A stretch of DNA of 64,000 nt, taken from the NCBI RefSeq assembly GCF_009914755.1, contig NC_060926.1; one strand, 5' to 3'. This stretch comes from the human T2T-CHM13v2.0 reference genome, Homo sapiens. Both the position numbers and the translations under genes were made by a program. The notes beneath the pieces were generated by a model. The model had not been told where the DNA came from. It did no database searches and saw only the letters and a program-made list of their open reading frames with translations. Positions 1-12,109 of the stretch are shown here, piece after piece; within the stretch, counting starts at the first letter, position 1, and each line of letters begins with the position of its first letter.

Positions 1-1027
1 CATGTCTGTGTGTCGTGGTGTCTGTCCCCAACGGATGAGCAGATTTTTAATTATTTTTGAATAAATATGTACTATTTTATTATTTTTTCTTGTAACTCTC
101 TTGATCTGCATTTTACAGAGTAGTGACATATAGTTCAAATCTTTATGTGGGGTGGAGTATGGTCAGAAAAATCCAAGCATTTGATTAGAGAGAGTACAGA
201 AGAAACCCATCATTATGCATCTTTAAAACATTAACTCCATTTAATAGATAACTCGCTTCATGGGATTTGACACAAGTTTTAATGCTAAGTAGTTGTTTTG
301 AAAGTGCAAACCATGGAAGCTTTGGGGAAAAATTTGCAGGAGTGTAGAAGTCAATTTAGTCCAACCCTTGGATTCAAACAAGAACACAAGCCACACAGCT
401 TTCAGATTTCACCATGAAACAGGTTCTTGTCATCATTTTCTCATAGGAAAGGGTCATTAAATTTCCCATTAACAGAAAGGAGAAACATTGACAATAGTTG
501 TTGCCTAATGCTTATGTACAGAACTGCTGTTACTGTTGCTTGGCAACTAGAAGAGATTTGACAAGGAGTCTAAAGGAACTGAATGAATAAATGGAAATGT
601 CAGCCTCAGTTTCAGGGGATAAGAAGAAATTTACTATTGTAGGATTAGCATCGCATTGCTTTTTCCAGGCTACATGATCGGAATTCACAGTGTTTCTCTC
701 CTGCTTCTCCTGCCTCTCCACCCCCACTCCTTCCAGTCTTTCCTGGTAGCCCCTGTGCACTGCAGCTGAGAGGTATATATAAGATAGATGGTTAATGCTA
801 AAGAATACAAGAGCATGTCGAAAATGAAACCCTGTGGCAGCAGGAAGAAGTAACTTCTATTCACAATCCCTTGGGATTTATAGGTAGTTTACCAACATTC
901 TAGTTATTTCTCACCATGATCCTTCGTATTAAATTATTCAGTTTTTACGGAGAAGAAAATGACAATGTTGGAAGGCTGTAACAATGGTTCCTTCTCTCCT
1001 AACCTTGTACACTGGAAATCTGTTCGG

Positions 1028-1068
1028 ATAGATTAGACAGACAGGTAGACAGACAAACAGATAGATGC
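1028..1068. repeat. Degenerate (GATA/GACA)n tetranucleotide repeat
   Basis: gatagattagacagacaggtagacagacaaacagatagat. Confidence 0.7.
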
Positions 1069-2329
1069 ATAAACTCAGACCTTAAAATTGTTATTGTTTG
1101 TATTATTATTAAAACCACATTTTCTCTGTAAATCATTGCTCCTTAACTTGATTATAAGCTCCTAGTGGACTTTTGATTTATTTGTGTACTTATCCTATAG
1201 TAATATATTATTATATAATAATAATATCATAGACTTTGTGCCCCCCAAATATTGGCTAATTAATCAGTGTTAAATAATTTAGCCACTATTGTCTAATGGT
1301 AATTCTCAACTCATAGGGAGGAAGAAGGAAGTGGGACATGCTTCCTGGGTCTAGGGCAAGTATTAGAATGTCAGTGGGGGAAAAGATAGGTATAATTAGA
1401 AAAAAAAACCCACATATTTGTTTTCTTTTGAGTCATCCAAGAGACAGATGCCAAGATGAGATGGGATTAAAAGAGATGGGGAAGAGGGTAGGCAGCCAGA
1501 GCAGGCAGGGAGAGGCTTTAGACTTCCATGCAAATCTGATAGCTTGAAAGAAGAGGGAGAAGAAAGGAAAATCGAGCAGAGAATGTCTCAAACTTACAAT
1601 GCAGTATTGAATTTCGGCAGGCTGATGAGGAGTGTTTAGGCCAACGTTGCCCACTGGGGGAATGTTCAGAAATGAGCTTTCACGAGTCCCCAGCCTCCTC
1701 AGCTGTTAACTAGCAACCTCCTGGGGGGAGTGTGGCTGGGGTGCAAATGCACTGGGGGACCCAAGAGGAGTGGCAGCTAGGCTGTCAGTCAACTGTGTTG
1801 ATTTCCGTAGCTGCCACAATACCTCAGAGTGTAACAAAATACATATGTATATATTTAAAAAGGAAATTGGAATACCTATTTTGGAATTCAACTATATGAG
1901 AAAAGCTTGAGATTTTTATGTTTATTGAAAAGAATAAATTAAAAGTTTGGGAGCCATCATTCTAAAGTAAATAGTAAATTAAAATGCAAACTCTAGAATT
2001 TCCCATCCTTTAGCAAACCAAGTCATACTGTCACTAGTATGGGAAGTCTTCTCAACTTCTAGGGTGAACAATGATTCAGTAATCTTATTCTCCATTAAAA
2101 GTATACTTTGTTTCAAACCACATTATAAAGTAACAAAGGGACATCATTATACTGAAAAACTGTCCTTTGTGTACAATGTGTATACATTGTATTTATTCAC
2201 TTGGCTTCAATGTTTTAATCTGCCAAACGATGGGAGTTCATGTAGATGAACTCCAAAATCCTTTGCAGCTCTATCATTGGATGAACCTGTGGTCTTTCCC
2301 ACCTCCTACGCACTGGCACTGTGAAAGAC

Positions 2330-2510
2330 CAAAAGGGAGACTGTGCTGCGGATCAGAGAACATGGGCACCAACCTGAGTCCTGATACAAACTGGATGCCT
2401 CAGGTTGAACTTAGCACGTAACCTCTCAGTATGTCAGTTTCTTATAAAATAACGGAACCTGATCGAACCATCTTAAAGGTCCATGTGTGGTTCACTGGCA
2501 TAACATTTCT
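2330..2510 (+). mobile_element. MIR fragment
   Basis: MIR core-like aacctctcagtatgtcagtttcttataaaat; boundaries approximate. Confidence 0.5.
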
Positions 2511-2634
2511 GATGCCCTCCTGTCTTAGGGATGCTTCGGAACTCTGCTTCTCAATCCTTGAAGGTAATTATCAAAAATATATTGAAATGATGATTTAGGA
2601 TCAATTATATAACTTAATGTTTTTCTTTCTTTTT

Positions 2635-3050
2635 AAAAACATTATGCTAAGCACATTTAACATGAAATTTACCCTCTTATTGTGTTTTTAAATGTACAAT
2701 ACAATGTTGTTAGTCATAGGGACAGTGCCTCTAGAGCTTACTCATCTTGCATAACTGAAATTTCATACCCATTGAACAGCAGTTCTCCATTTCCTCCTCC
2801 TTCCAGGCCCTGGAAACCACCATCCTACTCCCTGCTTCTATGAGTTTGACTATTTTACATGCTTCATATGAGGGGAGTCGTGTAGTATTTGTCCTGTGCT
2901 GGGCTGATTCCACTTAGCATAGCATCCTCAAGATTCATCAGTGTTGTCATGTTGTTGCACATTGCAGGGTTTCCTTTTGTAAGGCTAAATAATATTCCAC
3001 TGTGTATATATACCACATTCTTTATCCACTCATCTTCCGATGGACAATTG
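2635..3050 (-). mobile_element. L1M (L1MA/MB-type) 3' UTR fragment
   Basis: ctgcttctatgagtttgactatttt...ttccacttagcatag...aaggctaaataatattccactgtgtatatataccacatt matches the antisense L1 3' end. Confidence 0.85.
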
Positions 3051-4181
3051 TAGTTTTTAAAATTTTTAGTGGCTCAAATTGTAATTTCAGGAATTTGGCA
3101 AATGCTGACTAGTTTTAATTCTTTTTTACTGCCTTTAGAGGAAAAGCAAACAAACTCATAAAATCATTGGGAAAACAAGATCTGGCCAATCAGATGATAA
3201 TTTTGACTGGTGTTCAAATCATCATGCTCTTTTTTAATTGATCAAACCTGTTAAAATGAAAAATGATATGTAGGTGAACAAATAAACTCCCCTCAAAGAG
3301 AGAGAGTGTGCTTCTAGTTTCCATGGTGTTTAAATCATCGGCTTCCTCTACACCACAGTGAAGAAATATCCAAGGTTAATATAATTTAGAGATTAACCCA
3401 ACTCCCTTATTCTGGTATTGACTAAAAAATAATTAACTCCTTTATTCTGGTATTGGTTAAAGGGTAATAGTGACTTATACCTTTATGGTACTCTTTATCT
3501 GAAAAGTTCTGTGAATGAGCAGGAAAAAAAAATCCCTCAGGGAGAGTGAATGTCAATAATTACCATTTCCCCCCTCCAAGTGGAGACTTTAAATTGCAAA
3601 GAAAATGAGAAGAAAGATTTTACTGAATATTCTAAGTTAGAAGCAGAAGATTAAAGTGTCTTAGTATTCTACTCTGATTAAAATACCAAAAACAAAATGC
3701 CAAAAACAAAATGCCTTGAATGAAGATAACATTTTTTTTGTCCTCAGTAATAAATTAAAGTATAGAATTCATCAGTGATAGTGGCTAGACAGAATATTTA
3801 CCTAAGTCCTAATACCATGTAGGTATAACCAGCTGGCTGAAAACAGACCTCCAGTGGACTCAAGGACTCAGTGTACCCTAAAATTATGTGCAAGTCTAAC
3901 TGGTAGTTCTGGGAAAATATGAGAAGAATCAAGAGCAATTATAGAAAACATGTAGGTATATACTGAATATATGCTAACTAAATGGATGAAATGAGATATG
4001 TATTAAGCTCATTGCTTGTTTAAACGTAGATCAAAGAGACTGTTGCTAACAATGATTTGAGAGTTATATGTATATATTTAAACTTCCCAGTGTCAGATTA
4101 AAAATCAAAATTCTGATATAAAAAGTTGATCATGGACTAAATTTAAAGATTTAAAATACTTTAGTTCATTTTAATTTTACT

Positions 4182-4230
4182 TTTTTGTGTGTGGGAGACT
4201 GAAGTTTTATTATTACTCAAATCAGTCTCC
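4182..4230 (-). mobile_element. Very short polyadenylated LTR-derived (LOR1/MER4-group-like) retrocopy with TSD
   Basis: Minus strand ggagactgatttgagtaATAATAAAacttcagtctcccacacac-A6, flanked by aattttact repeats (4173-4181, 4231-4239). Confidence 0.6.
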
Positions 4231-4485
4231 AATTTTACTATTTTTTTTAGATAGGAGAGAAGTCCATTTGAATATCTCTTACTCTATAAGTCATCAGCTC
4301 ATTTCTAGGAATTAAAGAAGTTGTATTTAACAGAAACTATCAATTTTCATTTAGTATTATTGTAACTGTTAAATAAATTTGCTTTTTTTCCAAATGTTCA
4401 GTGACTTGACAAAGTATAGACGAAGAATTGGTAAAAAGAAATCTGGGTTGTTGATTTCATTATCTTTAACTATTTGAAGCCAACT

Positions 4486-4958
4486 GTATTTTTCAAAGAG
4501 ACAACAATAGTATCTTCCCCCATTAAAAGATGGAGCCTGCCTCTCCCCTTAAAACTGGGCAGACTTTTGTAGCTGGTTGATCAGTATAGTAGGAAGGAAA
4601 AGACTTCCAAAGCCAGGTGATTCTGCTACTTCTTCACCAGGTGGGATATTGCAGTGGCTCTCTGGGCTGCCATGTAAACAGTCTGACTGTTCCACCATGC
4701 TTCAAGGAAGCCCAGACTAGCCCATCAACACAGACCACTTGGAGAAACCTTGAGACTGCACAAGGAGAGAGGCTCAGACACACCCCATCTGCAGCAGCAT
4801 CCCTCCCCACCCACCATCCATCTCCATGAGAGACCCTGAGGCAGACTGCTCCACCAAATTCCTCCCTAATTCCTAAGCCACAGAAATAGTGAAAAATAGA
4901 TTGTTGTTCTGAGCCACAAAATTTTGGACACTTGTTATGCAGCAGTGGATACCTGGGA
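4486..4958 (+). mobile_element. MaLR LTR, MLT1 family (MLT1G/H-like)
   Basis: Typical 3' end ttgttgttctgagccac...ttttgga..ttgttatgcagcagtggatacc. Confidence 0.75.
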
Positions 4959-5225
4959 TGGATACCCTCTTACAGAGAGAGAGCGTGCCCTCTCGAAGAG
5001 TTTTGCTTTACAGAAAGTAAAACTGTTCTAAACTAGAACTGGTATTTTTGAAATTATAATATTACATAAATAATGGAAAGGGGTGGGTGCGTAGTGAGTA
5101 CACTCAGGTAAATGAGTTGACAGGTGAGCAGTTACACTTAAAAAGAGATCTGTCCTGTGCCACCTTCTCTCCTTTGCCTCATCCACTGTCCCTTACCTAT
5201 CTATGACTTTCATGATTTCTCACTC

Positions 5226-5378
5226 ACGGTTCTCAATTCTGGATGGATATTAGAGTCCCTGGGAAATTTTTTTTTTAAGGAATGCCAAGTCCCAGATTTG
5301 ATATCTGGAGTGGGGCTCAGGTTTAGCTATGTTTTGAAAATTCACCAAGTAATTCCAGTTTGCAGCCAGGGTTGAGAC
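5226..5378. mobile_element. MER5-type hAT-Charlie MITE
   Basis: ggttctcaa...tgcagccagggttgaga termini. Confidence 0.7.
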
Positions 5379-5384
5379 TCAGTT

Positions 5385-6303
5385 TGATGCTGATGGTGCC
5401 AAAATCTCTATCCCTGGCTCAGTTCTTTTCTGGAGCTCCAGATTTACAGATTCAGCTGCCTCTTAGATATCTGGACATGGATGTCTCACAGGCTCCCAAA
5501 AGAGTAAAGCTACCACCACTGGTCCCTTCTCAGGAAATGACCCCACCAGCCACATAGACAATCAAGCCAGAAACCAAGGAATCACCCATGTGCCTTCATC
5601 TTCCCCATTCCCTGCATCTAGTTAAATGCAAATCAATTGCTTCCTCCCAAGAAATTTGTGAGTCTTTTTCTACACTGCCCCATCTTGGTCCATTTTCTCT
5701 CCCCTGGACAGTATTAGAATCCTAACAGGAATCCATTTGATCTCCTCCAACACATTCACAAAGAAACTGGAATGACCTTTAATATACAAGCATCATGTTC
5801 CTCCCCTGAGTAAAGCTCTTCAATGGCTTGCCCTTAGAATAAGCCTCAAAATTATAAGTCTTCCAGGGCCTTGCCCACTTTTGCTTTGTGCCTTTCTTCT
5901 CCAGCATCACCCACAGTCCCCCTCCTTTTCATACTTAATGCTCCAGCAATCTTTGACCTTCATTCCTTTGAGCATGTTCTTCCAGTCACTCAGTCCTATC
6001 TCTTCATAGACGTTGTGCCCTCTTCCTGGAATGTTCCACCTTCCCTCCCATTCCCCTGGCCTAACTATAGTGCTACTAACCCATCATTCTCGGTTTAAGC
6101 TAACTTCAGTCCTTGGAGGGGGCTTCCCTTACTCTCTAGACTAGGACAGGTCCCCTGTTATAGATGCCAGAGCATCCTTACTGCTTCTTCTATAACATTC
6201 ATCAAACATTTGCCTTCCTAGACTATAAACCCCAATGCATCTGTCACTGCTGCAGTCCAGCTTCTGAGTCTGTGCATTGTGACTGACTGAAGAAATGAAT
6301 GAA
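5385..6303 (+). mobile_element. L2 fragments ending in the L2 3' tail
   Basis: gagctccagattta..cagctgcctcttagatatct..catggatgtctcacagg; tail gaaatgaatgaa. Confidence 0.75.
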
Positions 6304-6399
6304 CCAGGTATTAAAAGATTAATTTCAACTTTGAGGGAAGTTTTTATGGTAATACTCTAGCCTCTGTACTTGGCCATGGCCTACACAAAATTCAAATAA

Positions 6400-7010
6400 C
6401 AAATCTAAGATATAGAGGATGTCAACTGATTTTTAAAATGATACAAAATTGGAAGGAATGGCTGAAACATTCCTGTTTATCATGGGGCAAAATGCAAGGT
6501 TCTAAAACATAACAGTTGGCTGGAGTGATATGTCAGAACTTACATATTGAAATTTAAGAAAGATGAATATAAAATCCTACCTTTGTGTTCTAGTCATTGC
6601 ACAAGTAAAGGCCCGGGGACACTTGTCTCAAACTCAACGGAAGGAGAGTCAGTAGCAAGTAACCTGCATTTGACCTAGTGATTAATTAATGTGGCTCCTA
6701 AAATTGCTGATGCCACCTTAGACTCCCTTAATGGATAAACGGGGCCCAACCAAGGCAGGTGCAGGTCTCACAGTCCTCTGCTCTAATCCAACCACTTCTG
6801 GAGCAATGTGCTTCTCTTATAGCAACATATTTTAACAGGATATGCTCAGGTGAGCTTGATCAGATAGTAAAAACTTAGGAGGCACAGCTTATGAAAAATT
6901 GCAGAAGAGCACGTTTACTCTATAAAGATGGAATTGTGGAGAACACTTTAGTTCTTTTTAAAAAGCAAAGGGCTGGACTGCAGAAAAGGGGTTATACTTA
7001 CACACCAGCA
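6400..7010 (+). mobile_element. CR1/L3 fragment
   Basis: aaattggaaggaatggctgaaac; aaatttaagaaagatgaatataaaatcctacc resemble the CR1 ORF2 3' part. Confidence 0.55.
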
Positions 7011-8176
7011 AGCAGCACTGGGACCACATACTGGCAATGTCTAACATCCCTTCTCTGAGCATGTCCTTATCATTGACCTCTCTCATCTTCTAATTCTCTT
7101 TAACATCTGTTCTTTCTTGTCCCTTAGCCTTTCTCTAGTGTTCCAATTCATCCTCCCCCTTCATAGACCACAGATGCCTTCATCAGACACCTTAGTGATA
7201 CTCAGCCCCTATGTTTCTGAGCCCTAAAATCTACCACTACATTTCTTACAGTTCAGTTTGTAACTATGGATGATTGCTTTGCTCCTGCTTCTGGCTTGTT
7301 GAGAATTGCTGGGGAAAGCCATGCCGATCGGCACCGTAACAGATCTGTGCAGTCCAGCACCATGGACCCACAGGCCTGCTCAGCATTCCATCATTCATCA
7401 AGGTCATTTCCTATCTCATTTCCATAAGGGCAGCTCTAAACCTTTCTCCACTTTTTAAGCCCCAAAGCGAATTCTAAAACTCTCACGCAGAGGAATGGTT
7501 TCCATAAATTTTCCCCTTCACAATCTGAAATTTTTATTATGTCTTCACTCTCACTTCTCCTTTTCTCCTTTCTCTGAATTCTTAGAAAAACAGAAGAACC
7601 TCCCTTCCATTCCACATGGGTTTTGATGACGTTTCTCTTATTTCCAGTGGAAGCTTGTTTCATAATTTATCTCCTCTCTTCCCCTCTTCTAATTCTTTCT
7701 CACTGCCATCTCCTTCCCTCTATCAGTGAACACGCTCAGCACTTTGGGGAGATTAATTGTGCAATGACTGTTTTAAGACAGATTGGAGAGAGGAGAAACC
7801 AAGCCAGAGAATCCCATTAGGAGGCCTTTTCCAGAGTCCAGGTGAAAGATAGGGGAACCTGTCTGGGTTAATGAAAGAAAGAATAGGGAGCAGGTAAGAT
7901 TCAGAGAGAACGTTGTTACCAGAATGATGTGCTAGTTATTTATGACTTTGCCTTATTTTCCTTACTCTTTTGTCAGCTCGTTGGATGCAAAGATTGTGTG
8001 AGATTCATTTCACTTTCCCTCACAAAATGTGGCTTGAATGAGTGAATGGCTAGAATTCCCCCAAACCTTTGTGGAGAGGGTTGCCATCTGGAAGGTATAT
8101 TTTTTTAAAAGGTAATAGTTGGTGGGATAGGGAAAGACATCTCCTTATAAGGAGGGAGGAAGAGAAGTGTAGGCCT

Positions 8177-8832
8177 TTGTTTCTCAAAGTGTGGTCCATT
8201 GCATTCATTTCCAGTTGCTGCTGTAACAAACTGCCACAACTTCAGCAGCTTAAAACAACACACATTGATTATCTTCTAGTTCTGGAGGTCAGAAGTCCGA
8301 ATGGGTCTCATTGGGCTGAACTCAAGGTACTGGTTCTGGAGCCCTGGGGAGAATACTCTTCCTTGCATTTTCTAGCTGTTAGAAGCTGCCTGCATTCCTT
8401 GGTTCGTGGCCCCCTTTCATCTTCAAACCCGGAGAGGCTGGCCAAGCCTTTCTCTCATTGCATCACTGTCCCATTGACTCTCTTCCATCTCCATCAAATT
8501 ATAAGGACCCTTGTGATTATACTGGACCCACTGAGATAATCCGGGATGATCTCCCCATTTGAAGGTCAGCTAATTAGCAACCTCAATTCCATCTGCAAAT
8601 TCAGTTTGCCATGTAACCTAACATGTTAACAGGTTCCAGGGGATAAGGCCATGGACGTCTTTGAGGGGCCATTATTCTGCCCACCACATCCCTGGACAAG
8701 CAGCATTTACATCAGCTGGGAGCTGATTAGAAATGTAGAATTCAGGACCCACCCCAAGCCTCTGAATCAGAATCTTCATCCCAATCAGATCCCCAGGTGA
8801 TCAGAATATATTTTAAAGTTTGAGAAGCCACA
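8177..8832. mobile_element. MER5A split by an MLT1D insertion
   Basis: tttctcaaagtgtggtcc (to 8199) resumes as cctggacaagcagcatt..gggagctgattagaaatgtagaatt...tttgagaagccac. Confidence 0.8.
8200..8688 (-). mobile_element. MLT1D solo LTR (MaLR)
   Basis: TG...CA termini, gctgctgtaacaaactgccacaac..cttaaaacaacacac, end ggccattattctgcccaccaca; 5-bp TSD tccat/tccct. Confidence 0.88.
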
Positions 8833-9607
8833 ACTAGAATGTTTCTAAGATCCTCTCCACTTTTACTTCCCATAATTCTATAAAAACTGCATTTTTTTCC
8901 ATCTTCAAATCTGCATTATTCTTTCTCTTCCTGGTTTCCTGCCAAAAAAAAAAAAAAGTTAGTTTTGATTTGTACCCCTGGTGTTAATTCCCCAAAAGTC
9001 AGCCAAGTAGAACATGACAGCACCTCATGCATATTTTTTGCTGGCAGGAAGTAGATGTTAGAAAAGGCAATTAAATTATGGAATTATCCATGATGTGAAG
9101 GTACTGGTCTGCAAAGAGTATTTTCTTCCCCAAGAAAATTCATAGGAAAACTACCTCCATTACTGTGTAGATAATATTAGTGGCCCAGCAAGTGAAGCAA
9201 AGCATACACAGATGAGCTGTTTTTAAGGCATCTCTGAATGGCTCAGCATTTGAGAAATGTGACCAAAGCTGATTATAAAACTCCTTTCAAAGTTGCAGGA
9301 ACGGCAAACCCATAAATAACTCCAGTTCCCATTGGTGTGAGGAGGAGGTTGCTGGCTGCTTGATTGCTGTCCTTATCATAGGGGATAAGGTTAAGCTCAC
9401 CTCCAAGATTGCAAGCTTCTCAAGGAAAGAGCCAGCCATATGCTCTGCCTGGCACCCAGGAGGCACTCCATACATTTTGGGCTTGAATCCATTAAGCTTT
9501 TTAATAGTGTGTAATACTTAATTCTTAATTAGAGATGCACTTAAAAATGGATAAATAAAACTAGAATATGTCAGTAACCATCTTACTAGACTCCCTGCTT
9601 CCTTTTA

Positions 9608-9790
9608 CTCATTCAGTGAGTCATCCCTTTTACAAACATTTATGAATCATCTACTGAATGCCACCCATTGTTCTAGACCCTGTGGATATAAAGATATGCT
9701 CCCTGTCAGTAGAGCAGGAAGTCACATAAGTAAATAATGGTGGCAATGTCAATGCTGGAAGAAGTGTGTGAGCAAAGGTCTCAGGCCTCT
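9608..9790 (-). mobile_element. L2 3' fragment
   Basis: cattcagt..acaaacatttatgaatcatctactgaatgccacccattgttctag. Confidence 0.6.
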
Positions 9791-10234
9791 CTTCTCCCAG
9801 CTGTCATGTACATTCTAATGGGACTTATATTTAAAATCTTCCTTTTCTCACCTTTGCCAATCGGGATTATTTAGCTTTATTATTTTTATTTCCAGCCCCG
9901 GCTATTAATGTTGCCTCCAGGCACACCATACTTGCTCTAGAAAATGAAACCCTCTCAAACTAGCACAAGTTTAAAAAAAAAAAAAAAAAAGAGGTTATTA
10001 TTATAAAGGTCTGGCAGCGTCTCATGAGACTTCAGGAAAAGTTAAAGGAGCAGGAAGGAGAGAAAGTGAGGCAGTTGCAAGTCCAGCCTCTCTTCATCTG
10101 CACTCCAGCTTCTCTCCCTTTGTGTTGAATAGCTCAGACCTTCAAGGCAGAGGGTCTAATTGTTTCACTTTGTCTTTTCTAGCCAGGCCACTTCCTGACC
10201 ACTGTAATTCATTGTCACTGTGTTCTGATTGCTT

Positions 10235-10405
10235 CCTTCATAGCACTCACTTAGCACAAGTTGCAGTGATATATTTTAATTTCTGTGTTTATATCTGTTT
10301 CCCTCTCTAGTTTTGGCAGTGACCATATCTGTTTTGTTACTGCTGTATCCAGCCTCTAGTGCAGTGCCTGATCATAGTAGACATTTAGTAAATAATTAAA
10401 TGAAA
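10235..10405 (+). mobile_element. L2 3' end
   Basis: gcagtgcctgatcatagtagacatttagtaaataattaaatgaa. Confidence 0.65.
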
Positions 10406-10684
10406 GAAGAAGAGGGGGTAAAACCATGTTAACCACCCTAAAGATAGACTTTCTCATTGTACCAGTTACACCATAGAGAAGGGAAAAGTGGGGACAGAGT
10501 CTTGGGTCCACTGACCCCTTAGCAAGTCTGTGGAGGTAGGAGGTTCTCTAAGAAGAAGGGTAGACAAGGTAGTCTCCCCCAAATACGTCTTGACCAACAT
10601 TCAAGCCACATGGTCTTTCCACTTCAAAGCCACACCTGGAAGGACCCCTTAATGCAAATGCTCCCACTTTTTTCTTTTTAAAAT

Positions 10685-10900
10685 CTATTGAGTAGCTAAT
10701 ATATGCCAAATTCTATATGAAACACTTTACAGGCATCATCCCTTTCCATTTTTACATAGGCTCTAGAAGATAATATCCTCATTTTACAGCTACAGAACCA
10801 AGTTTCAAAAATTTAAGTGGTTCACCCAAGGTCATAGAGCTAGCATGTAGCAGAACCAAGATTAGAACATAGGTCTGTCTAACTCCAGCGCTCCTTCCAT
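10685..10900 (-). mobile_element. MIR
   Basis: atcctcattttacag...aagtggttcacccaaggtcatagagctag..agaaccaagattagaacataggtctgtctaactcca. Confidence 0.8.
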
Positions 10901-11461
10901 GACATTTGGCTCTCTATAAAGTACTCACCCTTACTCAGCAAAGTTAATTCCTTCTCTGTAGCACCACAGTACCCTGTTCATAAGGACAGTACAACACTTA
11001 CTACCTACTTTTATTGTAGACATTTCTGGCTCCACTGCTAAACTGTGCCTCCTTACAGCAGAACTGTATCTAGTTTTTCTTTGTATCCTCAGCTCCTGTC
11101 ATTTAATGGGGGCTCAACCAATGTCTGTCTGCTAAGCTGAGCCTTGGAAGGATAGACAGGCAGTTACTGTGCTTTTTCATATTTTTAAAACTCCACAAAA
11201 TACCATGAGTACCTTATTCTACAGAATTAAAATTGTAAGAATGTAAAAATCTCATAAATATTCCTCCAGTCTCTGTTATTGAAATTTAAAGAACATATAT
11301 ATGTTCTCCCTACCCATATTATGCTTAATGACATCAATCAAGTGAGACCTGCCCACTGTTATCATGAGTGGTAGATGCAGAGTGCTGGGATGGTCCACAC
11401 AAGATGGTGGAGTCTTCCTTTGACTCAGAGCAGCCGCCTGGTGTAGCTATAAGTTGGCATT

Positions 11462-12010
11462 CTCTCACTCAACAAATATGTATTAAATACCTACTACATG
11501 CACCGTATTAGTCGCTTGTGAATGGGCATGGTGATTATCCAAAAATGGCCAAGATGAGGATTCTGCCCTCACGTTGCCTACCATCTGGGAGACACGACAC
11601 ACACACAAATACTGGAGCTATAAAGGAAAAGGGGCTAAGACACTTGCTGACCAAGGGCTGCAGGAGTTGAGGCAAAGGTGACCTCTGGCAGGGGGTATGG
11701 AGAAGGATTTCATGGAACACATGGCATTTCACCTGGAATGTGCAATTCAGACATATCTTGGAAAAGCCCGGCCTGGGGGTGGGGGTTCAAAACTGGGCAT
11801 GGGGAGCTTGTCTGTGAAGGGGTAAAGTCAGAGACATTTAGAAAGCAAGTTGGAGCCCAATTGTTGCTGGCGTTGAATGCCAGGTTGCAGATAATGAACT
11901 TTATTCTTAAGTTCTTAAGGAAGAGGGTAAAATGGTCACGAATATACTCCAGGAAGAGCAGCTGCCTGGGACTGAATTGCAGGGGAGAGACTGGAAGCAG
12001 AGAGAACAGT
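11462..12010 (-). mobile_element. L2 fragments
   Basis: cactcaacaaatatgtattaaatacctactacatg; gttgaatgccagg..gaactttattct; ggggagagactggaagcagaga. Confidence 0.65.
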
Positions 12011-12084
12011 TATTTTATGTTTATTTGATAATGCCGGGTCTTTGCTGATCACACAGCTGTGTGGGTGGATTGAAAACTTTGGTC
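11977..12084 (+). repeat. 108-bp dispersed direct repeat, copy 1 (copy 2 at 13533-13640)
   Basis: Ungapped alignment with about 14 mismatches by hand count. Confidence 0.9.
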
Positions 12085-12109
12085 AGAGCCACTTTGGAAA
12101 CTCAGACAT

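Noticed and set aside
1206-1223. 18-bp perfect palindrome tattattatataataata
   Set aside because: AT-only low complexity; expected by chance
8069-8539. 156-aa ORF
   Set aside because: Reads through MER5A and MLT1D sequence; no protein homology recognised
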